A DNA stretch of 64,000 nucleotides from contig CAVUPH010000026.1 of assembly GCA_963743305.1 (NCBI GenBank), positions 38,472 to 102,471 on the forward strand, written 5' to 3'. The notes under the pieces are model-generated. The model searched no databases and had not been told where the DNA came from. It was given only the letters and a program-made list of their open reading frames with translations. Positions 9,891-20,416 of the stretch are shown one piece after another (position 1 is the first letter of the stretch; every line of letters starts with the position of its first letter). The position numbers and the translations under genes are program-made. The stretch comes from an uncultured delta proteobacterium. Lineage in GTDB: Bacteria > Desulfobacterota > RBG-13-43-22.

Positions 9891-12095
9891 TTACTGGAAT
9901 CGAGTCTGAAGCGCCTTATAGTTCCAGCCGAAGGAGACCAGCAGCTCCTCCCCGGCCTTGAGGAGCAGTTCGAGGTATTTCTTTCGATCGTAGGGTTCCT
10001 GGCCGGTCAGGAAGGGGGCGGGGACCACCCGCTCCTCGGGCAGGGCCGCCCCGCTGTCCCGCAGGAGAAAGGACACCCGCTGGCCGGGATGGAGGGTCAA
10101 CCCCTCGGCCTCCAGTTGCTGGAGGGTCAGGGCCGACTGGGTAGCCACCCGGTACTGGTCCAGGGGACGGCTGGATCGGCGGGTGATGATCAGTTCCGTG
10201 GGGTGGACCCGTCCGTCTTTCAGCAGTCCGGCGTATTCGCCCAGACGGGTCAGCATTTCCGGCACCTGCTTTTCCAATGTCTGCCGGTCCCCGGCCCGGG
10301 CCATCCAACCCAGGAGTTCCTCCTGCACCTCCCGGACGAAGCGGGGGACGTCCTTGCGGCAGCGGGCGATCCCCCGGGTCTTGAGGGTCCCGTTTTGAAA
10401 GGCCCCGAAGTAGCGGTTGGCCACCGGACGGCGCGGCTGGACCTTGGAAGGCAGGAAGACGATCCAGTGATAAATTCCCTCCAGACTTATGGGAACCTGG
10501 GTCTTTCGCTCGATTTCCTCAAGCAAAATGTTAATGTCCCCTTCCGTCAGCCGCTCCCCCTGGAGCCAGAGGGAATCGGTCAGCCCGTGGAGGACCTGGT
10601 AGCCCCGGATCTCGGCGCACTCCTTGGCGATCAGCAGCTTGTCCCGGCCGAAGGCGGTGATGGCCTCGTGGGCCTCGATCCGACCGAAGCGGGCGTTCTT
10701 GTAGCCCAGGTAGCCGAAGCAGGTGACCAGCACCCACTTCAACCCTTTCTGCAGGGCCTGATAAACGGCCTTCCGCGGATGCCCCTCCTTGATCCGGGCC
10801 TTGAGCTCGGTCCGCAGCTTCAGGATCGGCTCCAAGGTTTCAGGCACCAGGCCTCGACGGCGCCGACAGATATTGTAGCCCGCCTCCGGGACCACCGGTT
10901 CTGGGCAGCAGGAACATAGCATGGTTTCGGGCGAGATATTGTGCCGGACCATGATGGTGGGATACATGGAGGCATAGTCGATCTCGGCCACCCGCTCTCG
11001 GAGTCCGATCGGCGGCTGGAAGACCAGCCCTCCCTTGTCCGCAACCAGAAGGTCCCAGGCGGTCTTGAAGTCCTCGGGCCGCCCCTTTTTCCAGGGGATC
11101 AGGATTCCTTTTTGCACCGCCCGGTCGAGCTGCATGGAGGTGATGGCCGTGCCCGGCGAGGTCCGGGCCAGGGTCTGAACCGGGATCTTGGTCAGTCGCG
11201 CCAGAAAGATGGTTCCCTCCAAGCCGCACTCCCCCTGGGTGAAGAAAAAGGAATTGTTCCGGTCGATGTGGAAGCGCCCGAAGAGGGGGAAGGCCGCGCC
11301 CTGGTAGGCAATCTGCCCGTAAGTAAAGTAGGAGCGCCCTTCCCCCACCCGCCGGCGCGGCGGAGGGTGGGGGTCCCGGTCCAGGACCAAAGGGATTTTC
11401 TCCTTCTCGGACCAGTGCCAGAGACAGGGAAAGATGCGTCCGTCCCCGTGTTGGGAGAGGAGGCAGTCGGGATCCAGGCGGGCTACGAGTTGGTTGAATT
11501 CGGTCAGCAGTTCGGCGGGAGTCAGGCCGTCCAGTTCGAAGACCCGGTCCTCATAAGTCACCTGCAGGCTGTTGCCCCGCTCCAAAGGGATCTGGGGGTG
11601 TTTAGCCAGGGTGAGCTCAACAACTTTTAGAGAAGGAATCGGAGCATCCGGGTCCCAGGGGGAATGGAGGACCTTGAGACCCCGGAGCTGATTGCGCTCC
11701 CATTCGAACTCGCAGAAGGCCAGGGGGAAGAGGCCCCGCTCGTAGGCGTAGTATTGGGGAACGGCCAGGTCGCAGTTGTAAAAGGTGATCCCGCCGGCCC
11801 AGTCGGCCAGGCGCCGCTGGATCTCCGGGAGCTTCTGCAGGGCCCGGACCTCCAGCTCGAAAACCGGCATTGCTTTGCCGCTCCAGAACTCAGTCCGCCT
11901 GGTCCAGCCCGTGCGCCGCAGATACCGGCCAAGCCCTCTTTCCAGGGCGCTCAGGGCGGACCGGGTCCCCTGGGCGTAAAAGCGGTAGTCGAAATAATCG
12001 GTCAGGCAGAGCATCTCCCCGCCCGTTAATCGAAACCAGAGGACCATCACGTCCTCGCGCACGTACAAGTCGAAAAGCCAGCCTTTGGCGATCAT
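9891..12095 (-). CDS. Family B DNA polymerase, PolB2 type (degenerate 3'-5' exonuclease)
   Basis: Motif A DYASMYP..HNISPET, motif B KWVLVTCFGY, motif C HGLTDS (first Asp of YGDTDS lost), and NRYFG...RGI. Confidence 0.88.
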   Translation of the reverse strand: MIAKGWLFDLYVREDVMVLWFRLTGGEMLCLTDYFDYRFYAQGTRSALSALERGLGRYLRRTGWTRRTEFWSGKAMPVFELEVRALQKLPEIQRRLADWAGGITFYNCDLAVPQYYAYERGLFPLAFCEFEWERNQLRGLKVLHSPWDPDAPIPSLKVVELTLAKHPQIPLERGNSLQVTYEDRVFELDGLTPAELLTEFNQLVARLDPDCLLSQHGDGRIFPCLWHWSEKEKIPLVLDRDPHPPPRRRVGEGRSYFTYGQIAYQGAAFPLFGRFHIDRNNSFFFTQGECGLEGTIFLARLTKIPVQTLARTSPGTAITSMQLDRAVQKGILIPWKKGRPEDFKTAWDLLVADKGGLVFQPPIGLRERVAEIDYASMYPTIMVRHNISPETMLCSCCPEPVVPEAGYNICRRRRGLVPETLEPILKLRTELKARIKEGHPRKAVYQALQKGLKWVLVTCFGYLGYKNARFGRIEAHEAITAFGRDKLLIAKECAEIRGYQVLHGLTDSLWLQGERLTEGDINILLEEIERKTQVPISLEGIYHWIVFLPSKVQPRRPVANRYFGAFQNGTLKTRGIARCRKDVPRFVREVQEELLGWMARAGDRQTLEKQVPEMLTRLGEYAGLLKDGRVHPTELIITRRSSRPLDQYRVATQSALTLQQLEAEGLTLHPGQRVSFLLRDSGAALPEERVVPAPFLTGQEPYDRKKYLELLLKAGEELLVSFGWNYKALQTRFQ

Positions 12096-12127
12096 GGGAT
12101 TGAGGATAGAGTACTTGTCGGGACTTA

Positions 12128-12275
12128 GAACCCGTCAAGAAATAAGCTGTACAATACCGCTAATATCTCCGTTCATGCTGAGCCTGTCGAAGCATGGCCG
12201 TATCGTTCACCCTTCGACCAGCTCAGGGCGAACGGTTGTAGGGCCGCTTTGTCAAGGTTATTTGTTTACAGATCC
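12128..12275. mobile_element. MITE/REP element, copy 1 (~148 bp, flanked by TTA)
   Basis: Imperfect terminal IRs GAACCCGTCAAGAAATAA and TTATTTGTTTACAGATCC. TTA on both sides. Internal hairpin CTGAGCCTGTCGAAG...CTTCGACCAGCTCAG. Confidence 0.7.
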
Positions 12276-12358
12276 TTAGTACTTTGTTGTCAATTGGAAG
12301 ATAATCTTCCAATTGACAGGGAAAGATTTAGGTAACCTAACCGATCTGGAGTCGGTTA

Positions 12359-12505
12359 GAACCCGTCAAGAAATAAGCTGTACAATACCGCTAATATCTC
12401 CGTTCATGCTGAGCCTGTCGAAGCATTGCCGTATCGTTCACCCTTCGACAAGCTCAGGGCGAACGATTGTAGGGCCGTTTGTCAAGGTTATTTGTTTACA
12501 GATCC
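12359..12505. mobile_element. MITE/REP element, copy 2 (direct repeat of 12128-12275)
   Basis: Near-identical sequence, again flanked by TTA. Confidence 0.7.
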
Positions 12506-12552
12506 TTATCGGCAGAAAGCCTGAAGCCAACTATTTCCCTCCTAAAGCCTGG

Positions 12553-13178
12553 TTAATTCTTCTTTACCGGTTGCCGGATGATCGTCCTTAGCTTTTCCGG
12601 GGCGGTCTTGCGGGGATCGCTCAAATAAATCTCGTGGTGTTTGCCGGCCAACCGGTAGCCGTGGTCCCTGACGAAAGCATGGATTCTTTGAATAGTCGCA
12701 TGTTCTTCCGCAAAAGGCCCGACATACAATATCTGGGCGGACAGCCCCTCGGCCAGGCTTTCCCAGCGAACCCGGGCCAGATGGGGGAGAGGCTTTTTCT
12801 TTTTCACCTGCTCCAGCGCCGGACCGAATAGCTCCGGGCTGACCATGCTCCGGCTGCCGAATCATCAGCGTCCACTGCCAGCGGTCTTTATCCAATCTCT
12901 CCGGATTGAAGGCCTCCATATCCTCGGCCCACCAGAGCCCTTCCAGGGGCAGCACGGCATAGTCGATCCCCTGCCCTTTCTTGACCATAAACTTGAGCGT
13001 ATAGGACAGGCTGTACAGAGCCTCCACCGCCGCCTGGAAATCCGGTGACGGTGTTGGGATCCCCGGCCCCGTCGGCCATGAGGAAGTTCATGCCCGGCAC
13101 CTCCACCAGCGCCACTTCTTTGGCGGACGGGGCGTAGAGGTGCTTTTGGTCCTTTTTTAGGTCTATCTTTAAACCCAT
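12553..13178 (-). CDS. GyrI-like small-molecule-binding domain protein (frameshifted)
   Basis: KIDLKK..LYAPS, GAGDPN, LYSLSYTLKF, PLEGLWW and GKHHEIYLSDPRKTAPEKLRTIIRQP across 3 frames. Confidence 0.8.
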
Positions 13179-13191
13179 CTAATGCCCCCCA

Positions 13192-14100
13192 TTATTGGAG
13201 CCGTTTTCTGGCCGGTTTGACCGAATACAGGGCCTGTTCTTCCTTGATCAGGCAAGCTTTTTCAGTCTCGATCTTTTCAAAAATAAACTGGGTCTTCAAA
13301 AATAAATTCATATCCTCCGCTTTCAAGTACCCGGCCGCCATTCGACAATATTCCGGATCAATTTCCACACCGATACTGTGGCGGGCATTTCGAAGAGCTG
13401 CCACCATAGTGGTGCCGGAACCGCAAAAAGGATCCAAAACGGTATCCCCCGTGAAAGAAAACATCCGCACCAGTCGGGAGGCCAGTTCAAACGGAAAGGG
13501 GGCGGGGTGATTACGAGTTGAGGCGCCGGGAACATTCCAGATTTGTTGAAACCAGCGGTCGAATTCATCCTTATTGATCCGACTGGCCTCGCGCTGGGCA
13601 TTGGTCGGTTTCCGGCATCCTCCCGGTTTCCGCTGCATGAGAATGAACTCCATGTCGTTTTTAATGATGGCGTTCGGCTCGTAGGGTTTACCGAGAAATT
13701 TGGACCCGTTTGTCACCTCGTAGGAGGCATTGGCGATTTTATGCCAGACAATCGGGTTCAAGTTATCAAAACCAATCCGTCGGCAACTGACGCAGATATC
13801 CGCGTGGAGCGGAAAAACGAGGTGCCGGCCGAAATTCCGCCGGGCTACACACACGTCGCCGACCACACAGACCAGTCGGCCTCCGGGGACCAGGACCCTA
13901 TAAATATGTCGCCAGACCTTCTCCAATTCTCCCAAAAACGCTTCATAATCCTCGATGTGTCCGAGTTGATCTGAATTTTCGTTGTAGCGCTTGAGGTTCC
14001 AATAAGGTGGGGAGGTGACCACCAGATGCACCGACTCGTCTTCAATAAAAGATAAATCGCGCGCATCGCCGTTGATTAACCGGTGGATCGTCTTTCCCAT
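13192..14100 (-). CDS. Site-specific DNA methyltransferase, N4C/N6A beta class
   Basis: VVTSPPY followed by HPAPFP and LDPFCGSGTT. Confidence 0.9.
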   Translation of the reverse strand: MGKTIHRLINGDARDLSFIEDESVHLVVTSPPYWNLKRYNENSDQLGHIEDYEAFLGELEKVWRHIYRVLVPGGRLVCVVGDVCVARRNFGRHLVFPLHADICVSCRRIGFDNLNPIVWHKIANASYEVTNGSKFLGKPYEPNAIIKNDMEFILMQRKPGGCRKPTNAQREASRINKDEFDRWFQQIWNVPGASTRNHPAPFPFELASRLVRMFSFTGDTVLDPFCGSGTTMVAALRNARHSIGVEIDPEYCRMAAGYLKAEDMNLFLKTQFIFEKIETEKACLIKEEQALYSVKPARKRLQ

Positions 14101-14228
14101 AGTTTTAAACTAGACTCGCCTGGCTGGCTTGACCAAAGCCTGTTCTTCTTTGCCCAGACAAGCCCGTATGGACGTCGCCAGTCGAGTCGTAATCTTGTCG
14201 TAAGTTGTGTCACAAGATTGTCGCAAGT

Positions 14229-14601
14229 TCAGTCCTTATCCTTCGCCCGGTAAACGAGCTTGTTGGTCGCTCCCTCCGAAACCAACAACTCCATTTTCAA
14301 GGTATTCGGAGACCAATTCGAACGCCTTCCGATAGTTCAACAGCTCCCGCACGTCGTCCGGATGGGCCTCGGGAACCGAGTCCCCCGCAAGCAATCGTTC
14401 GGCTTGGTCCAGGGTCAGGCACGTTCCCTCGATGTGCGTGGTATGGTGCGCTTCCAGGATCAAAGCCCGACGGCCCATTTCACGCACCCAGGCTTCGGAC
14501 AATGCCGCGGCCTCCAGGAATCCCCGAGCCCGCTCGATACGGGTCAACCCGGCGGTGATCCGGTTGGAGATCGTAAAAATAGGTTTGAAGTTCTTCTTCA
14601 T
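14229..14601 (-). pseudogene. Fic family protein remnant, catalytic core deleted
   Basis: Fic N-terminus ([11 protein letters not shown]...[10 protein letters not shown]...ELLNYRKAF) joined directly to a C-terminal fragment ([14 protein letters not shown], other frame). No HPFxxGNGR motif. Confidence 0.7.
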
Positions 14602-14783
14602 TTCACGCCTCCGAGGATTCCTAATATCGCCGAACCGACCCTTCCCTTTCTATCTTCTCCGGCATTTTTGTAGATTTCGATAAGCAATCCCTGGCCGCCA
14701 CCCAAACCGCTGATGTGCCGGCATGATCTGCCGGTAGTCCTGCTGGATCTGCTTCTCCCGCAGCGCCAGATCGGAGATGCCCA

Positions 14784-15011
14784 TCAAGCGGAAACGGCCT
14801 GACAAATGACCGGCCGGTACTTGGGCGGTGGAATGGGTTTCCCTTCAGCACGGGCCGCCTGCAGCCACAGCGCCTTGGCCTTCTGCACCTCCCGCAAGGC
14901 ATCGTCCGGCGTTTCTCCGAAGGCGGAACAGGCATCGAGATCGGGAATATCCGCGATATATCCGCCATCATCTTCCGAATAGAAAATATGGTATGTGGGG
15001 TTAATCATCAT
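14784..15011 (-). CDS. HicB family antitoxin (no hicA partner adjacent)
   Basis: IFYSEDDGGYIADIPDLDACSAFGETPDDALREV...GKPIPPP. Confidence 0.85.
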   Translation of the reverse strand: MMINPTYHIFYSEDDGGYIADIPDLDACSAFGETPDDALREVQKAKALWLQAARAEGKPIPPPKYRPVICQAVSA

Positions 15012-15724
15012 ATGGCCCGAGGAACCGCTCCCCGTTGAAATGGATCAAATGGGTCGGAGACTCGGCAATCCAGACCTCCGTTTCCCATGAAATATCATCA
15101 AGATATCTTACCATGGCGTGTCGATCAAGAAATGCGGTGACATAAACCAGCCCGACATTAGATCCGGAAAATAATTTCTTTAGTTCTTGTCGCCGTTTGG
15201 GGTTAACGGGTCCATGGCTGGTCACGGCTTCGATCAATACGAGCCATTTTCTTCGTATGTGGTATACGACGACATCCGGCATCTTACCGTGTTCCTCGAT
15301 CCGGATTCCGAAATTTCTGAACGAATCCGAATCGAAATAGGCCCATTTCCTTTGGGTGTCACCAACATAAATAATCTGTCCGCCGGGAGTAAAAAGCGGA
15401 CAGAACTCATCAATTATCTTCTTAACCAGTATATTATGCCCACCCGCTGAAAGCCGGATCTCTTTCCCGTGTGCCAGTACGATTGGGATACGATGCATTT
15501 CCCGCTCACGGGCATGCGGCGAAAAACTCCATCATTGGGGTAATTCCCATCAACGGGCTACCCGCCTTGTCCCATGGATCCCCAGGTTTTAGATCCAACA
15601 ACGACAACAATGTCAATGCCGAACGTTCGTTTTGCTGCTGCCTGGGAAGTCCGAGAGCTTTTAAAATTTCAAGGGCTTCCCGCAGTTTCTGCTCAGCTTT
15701 GTCGACTTTTCCCCTTCTACCCAT
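15001..15724 (-). pseudogene. BsuBI/PstI-family type II restriction endonuclease, internally deleted and split
   Basis: N-terminal ALGLPRQQQNERSALTLL...GITPMMEF and C-terminal LSAGGHN, HGKMPDVV, IEAVTSHGP, SWETEVW, HLIHFNGERFLGPY. The middle segment is absent. Confidence 0.8.
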
Positions 15725-17239
15725 TAGGTCCGCACTCCTTATCTAAAATTGCATCTATTGCCTCTTGGTCAGGGAGCCGTTGGTCAACATGATTGCCCAT
15801 CCGGATCAACTGTTCACGAGTTGGATACCGCATCTTCCGCAGGTCCGTAGCATTTACCTGGGTATGCCCACTGAATAGCCGAAAGTACCGGTCAAATAAA
15901 GAGGAGTTAAGATAAACAGCCAGTCCCTTCGCCAACCTTGGAGACAAACCGATACCTCCGGTATGGAAGTAGTTTAAATGGTTCTCGAAAGCCACCAGCG
16001 GCGATTGAACCCGGTGGGGGTCGTAGATGGCCGCTACCACCCGTCGCCGCTCTTCCTTGGACGTAAATCGTTTGGTTAACACGTAATACCCACTTTCAAT
16101 CAACAGATCACGAGTTCGATCGGATAATGCTACCGCATTCGGCTTTTTTCCTGATTGGCTCGGCCAACGTATAAAACCGTTTTCAAAATGACACGAAAAA
16201 ATCAACGGCATCGTTCCTTCTTCTGGCATAGCCCGCAGGTATTCTCGCGCCCGAAAATCTACCAAGCGCCCGGTAGAGACCTCTATCCCCAATTCGGGGA
16301 GTGAAGTCCGAAAGCCCCTCATCAGCTCTATGACCTGATCATCGGTGTCGGCAAGGACGAGATGGATAAAAGCATCTTTGTCCTCGGGCATAACGAGACG
16401 TTCGTATAAAATCCGCCGCGGCTTTGTGTTGTCAAAATCCAACCCTTCAGAGACAGAAACGTTTACCTGCTTTGGTTTGCGTCTGTTCCTCGTAGCATAG
16501 AAAATAATATTTTCTTGAAGAACTTCATCGTCGCCAAAAGCTTTTTTCCTCGACTCGAAAACGTGAAGCCGTCGTAGGGCCATAAGTTCCAAAAAGGCCA
16601 TGCGAAAACGCCGGAAATAAGGGCCGTTGCAGAAACTTCGAGGAGTGATCGCCACCAGTTCGCCATTCGGTTTCAGCATTCGTGCAGCCAACCACACAAA
16701 CGCCGCGTATAAGTTCGATACCTCTATTCCCGCGGCATTTAACAGCCTTCGTGTAACCGAATCACCATTGATTTTCCTGTAGGGTGGATTAAGTATCGCG
16801 TGGGTAAACTTTTCTTTTTGGACAGCAAACAGGCCTTCGTCAATCGCCTCCACACCGGCAACGATAAAATCTTCATCTAAAATAGATCCATGAAATGGAA
16901 CGTTAACCAGATTTACAGGACAGTTCACATCGTAGCCATCGTATCCTTAAGGTACGGAATTATCTGGGCATCGTTCTCGTAAGCAACGACTTCAATCTTC
17001 TTGGGCTTTGACTTTCTCGAAATTAGCGACTCTATAGCCGCCGCGAGCAGAACCCCTGCACCTGCACCTGGATCCAAAATTCGCGCCTCTTCTACCTCTT
17101 TCTCAAACAAAGAGCCCATGAACTGAGCGATAGCGGTTGGGGTGAGAAACTGGCCAATTGGGGATCGCTCGGACTTGCACTTCCTCCCATTAAAGGACGT
17201 TCGCACGTCATCAAGTATATTTGTGACCACTATTCTCAT
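15717..17239 (-). CDS. BsuBI/PstI-type (Eco57I-like) N6-adenine DNA methyltransferase, split at ~16925
   Basis: GQFLTP, LDPGAGAG, ILNPPYRKI, PRSFCNGPYF and FSGHTQVNATDLR. Confidence 0.85.
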
Positions 17240-17351
17240 ATTTTATAGGACCTTTAAACCATCAAGCGGTAAAACTTCTCCCCTGGTCGTCAGGATCATT
17301 TTCTTCATATCCCCCGAATTTCCGAAGCCATTCGACGATCGCCAGCATCTT

Positions 17352-19398
17352 TTAGGCCACTGGAGCTTTTTTGTCCCACTCTTTTCTCAAATGCCAAACG
17401 GCCAGGCGAATCAGATGGCCGTAGGTGACACAACGGGCGTCTCCGGGGGTAGGCTTTACCCCGCCCTCCCTGAGTCGGGCCAGGTCCTCGGCAACCAGAT
17501 CGGCAACCCCTTCGATCGAATCGGGCAGCCATTTTCTGGAAATGGTTCCGGTAGACCGGCAGACAAAAACGGTGTCGATGATAGACGACCCCGTGCCGTT
17601 GATGTGAATGGACGCCCCCATTTCCGCCGGGCAGGGCAGTGAAGCGGAGCAGGTCAACCCGGCATCGAGTATGGCGACGGCTACCGGGGAATAGGCGTTG
17701 AGGTCATTGTGGTGGTACGTGAAAGCCAGGGGGGACCCCGGCTTCAAGGCCGCTGCCATGCGCTGATAAACGACGGAAAGACCCTGGGTAAAATGCTCCA
17801 GGCCCCGACCCATATCCTCGTTTCCGGTGAGTTCCTGGGAATTCCGGGTCGATTCCCGCTCGAAGGCCTTAACCTTTTCGCCCACCAGACGCCGCAGCCA
17901 GACATAGCAGAAATCCATCAGTTCCGCATATTGCACATTACCAAAATACGGAGGATCGGTGAAAACGGCATCCAGGGAGGCCTTCGGCAGCTTGACATCA
18001 GCCGCATCCCGACATTGGATGTCCACCAGTCGTCGCCCCTGGTTTGATCGCCGTTAGGATGATCACCGATCCATTCGCCTTTGATGGGCACCATTTCCTT
18101 TCGAAATCCATGGTGCCTGATCTCAAAAGGGGCATCACAGTAGGCCTTGGCCTTACGAAACTTATCGGTGATGTTGGCCCAGCCGCCGCTTCCCACACAC
18201 ATATTCTTGTTGGGATCCCGAATACCCATAAAATTGGACTCACATTGAATAAGCCCCACCGGAAAGCCGTGGACGGAGAATATATCCAGTGATTTCAAGA
18301 CCATCGTGTCGTAGCGGCACAGCATGTTCTGATAGCGCAACAAGTCGGAGAGATTCGTTGCTAGGGCATTACGGACGCGTTCATTCGCTGTTTTGGAAAT
18401 AATCCGCGCCGAAAGTTCAAGCCCCAGGAGCTGTCGGGCGTTGAACATCTCCCGGTAGTGTCGGTATCCCCACCGATGCAGGCGATTGGTTTCATCGCCC
18501 GACGGAATTTCATCGTCCGGGACGAATCGCGGGCGCAATCCCTTCCATCGTTCCTCGGCTTCCGCCACCCGCTTCAGGTCTGATCCATCGGGGACCTTAA
18601 AGAACCGTCCCGCGTGACCTTTTTTGCAGGACGGACAGTGATATTCCATGGCGAAAAGCCGGTGCCGCGGCGCTCCCAGGCTGCTGTTCGGGTAAAGATT
18701 GTCGGTTTCACAATGAGGGCAACGGCACCGGTTTCGGCCGGCAGGACCATGCATCGACAGCCCGGTGCCGCAATGCCGGCAGTTGCCCGGATTTATCCGG
18801 TCTCCGGTCTCCGTCAATTGACCGCAAGCAGAGCAGACAAACACATTTTTGGGATGCCGTCTGATCGGCGGAAAGCAGGTAGCCAGGGAAAAGATCGATG
18901 TCCTTCCGACACTTACGACAGGAAGTCACTTTGACCCACAAAAAGTATTTTACGGGCGTCCTGCTTTCCACAAAGAACGCATTCCGTTTGATACAGATGT
19001 CCGATTTCGTTTTCCAGCCTTCGGTTCAGCGATTCGACGGCATGATCATAGGCCCCCAGGTCCAGATGCTCGATTTCCTGTTTGACGATCCAATACGACA
19101 TGGGGTTGATATCGAAGCCGGTCACGTGACAACCCAAGCGGTTCGCTTCCAGAAGAGGCGTCCCGCCTCCCATGAAAGGATCGGCAACCCGGAGGTCTTT
19201 CAAATCGTTCGCCCGGTAAAAGGCCTCGCGAAGCGGACGGTCCGAGAATTCGGACAGCAACAGCCCTCGGAAGAGGGTCCCCGGCCGCCGCGCGAACCAC
19301 TTGTGCACCGCAATGATCGGCCGGTAGTTCTGCTGAATCTGCTTCTCCCGCAAGGCCAGATCGGCGATGAAGGGTATGTCGAAGTTTTTTTCTATCAC
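17352..19398 (-). CDS. Zn-ribbon adenine-specific DNA methyltransferase (DUF1156-like), frameshifted
   Basis: HKWFARRPG, DPFMGGGT, several CxxC pairs, FNARQLL and FTDPPY across at least 3 frames. Confidence 0.8.
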
Positions 19399-19832
19399 TG
19401 CAGGTTCTCCAGATCAGCCAGGTCCTGCAGTCTCCCAGCCGCCCTCTTGGTTTTCTTCAGATTTTCCAGATCGATGAAATATACGGGGACGTCGTCGATT
19501 GTCACTACCACCCGGGCCGCGTAGGAACGGCCAAAATCAACGCCCGGCGGCGAAGTGATCAGGTCGATGCGGTTGGGCGGGTAGCCCAGTTGGATAATCT
19601 GTTCCGGTTCCAGGAAATCCCCCGCCGTCAGGTCCAGGGACCCGAAACCGAACTGGACCAGTGCCCGCATCAGCTTTGCCGCGTTATCCGGGTCCCGCTC
19701 GACCCACACGTCCAGGTCCTTGGTGTAGCGGGGATAGCCGTGCAGCGCCACCGCGTAGGCACCGATCACCAGGTAACGGACGCCGTTATCGTTTAACGAC
19801 CGAATAAACTCTTTGAAATCCGGGTTCAGCAT
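19395..19832 (-). CDS. Nucleotidyltransferase-fold protein (putative toxin-antitoxin component)
   Basis: YLVIGAYAVALHGYPRYTKDLDVWV and C-terminal KRAAGRLQDLADL. Confidence 0.8.
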   Translation of the reverse strand: MLNPDFKEFIRSLNDNGVRYLVIGAYAVALHGYPRYTKDLDVWVERDPDNAAKLMRALVQFGFGSLDLTAGDFLEPEQIIQLGYPPNRIDLITSPPGVDFGRSYAARVVVTIDDVPVYFIDLENLKKTKRAAGRLQDLADLENLQ

Positions 19833-19983
19833 CGTATTTCCACCTGTGGAATTCCTGCCGGATCTGCTCCAAGGCGGCCAGCCGGCGGGCATAGGGCTGG
19901 GTCTGCCAGTAATCAAAATCGGTCTTTTGTTCGCCGATTTTCACTTTGGTACAGACCTTGGCAATGGAGGGAGACGGTTCCAT
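19786..19983 (-). CDS. Small protein partnered with the nucleotidyltransferase
   Basis: 65 aa, DFDYWQTQP..RRLAALEQIR...FQRVYSVVKR; overlaps the start of the downstream gene. Confidence 0.6.
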   Translation of the reverse strand: MEPSPSIAKVCTKVKIGEQKTDFDYWQTQPYARRLAALEQIRQEFHRWKYDAEPGFQRVYSVVKR

Positions 19984-20146
19984 ATTTAATTTCCTGATAC
20001 TTCTTTTCTTTGTTTATAACTATCACATTTTACAAAAATAATCCAATAGACTCCCAAGGCAACCATTCCCTAAAAGCGGGGGATATGCACTCTTGATTTT
20101 ATCAAAATTATGTGCTAATTTTGATAAAAAAAGCGAGGGAATAAAT

Positions 20147-20416
20147 ATGCCCATTATCAAACCCATCTCCGCCCTGCGCAACAAGACCCGGGAAATCGCT
20201 TCTCTCTGTCATCAAGAAGATGAGCCGGTCTACCTGACCACCAACGGGGAAGGCGACCTGGTAGTCATGAGCATGGAACACTACGAGCACCTCCGGGCAC
20301 GGGTGGATCTCTTCGAAAAACTAGCCGTCGCCCAGGGGCAATCGGCCTCCGACGACAAGGGGTTTACCCACACTCAGGTGATGAAAAAGCTTCGGCAGCG
20401 TCTGCATGGCCGGTAA
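20147..20416 (+). CDS. Phd/YefM family antitoxin
   Basis: MPIIKPISALRN...EPVYLTTNGEGDLVVMS. Confidence 0.85.
   Translation: MPIIKPISALRNKTREIASLCHQEDEPVYLTTNGEGDLVVMSMEHYEHLRARVDLFEKLAVAQGQSASDDKGFTHTQVMKKLRQRLHGR

Noticed and set aside
9798-10919. Long antisense ORFs (this one; also 34124-35671, 52700-54652, 56152-57459, 58853-60331)
   Set aside because: They are shadows of well-supported genes in GC-rich DNA and carry no recognisable motifs.
12125-12508. Possible CRISPR array or integron attC sites
   Set aside because: Only two 148-bp repeats, no repeat-spacer periodicity, and no cas or intI gene. The CTAAC...GTTAG hairpin is too short for attC.
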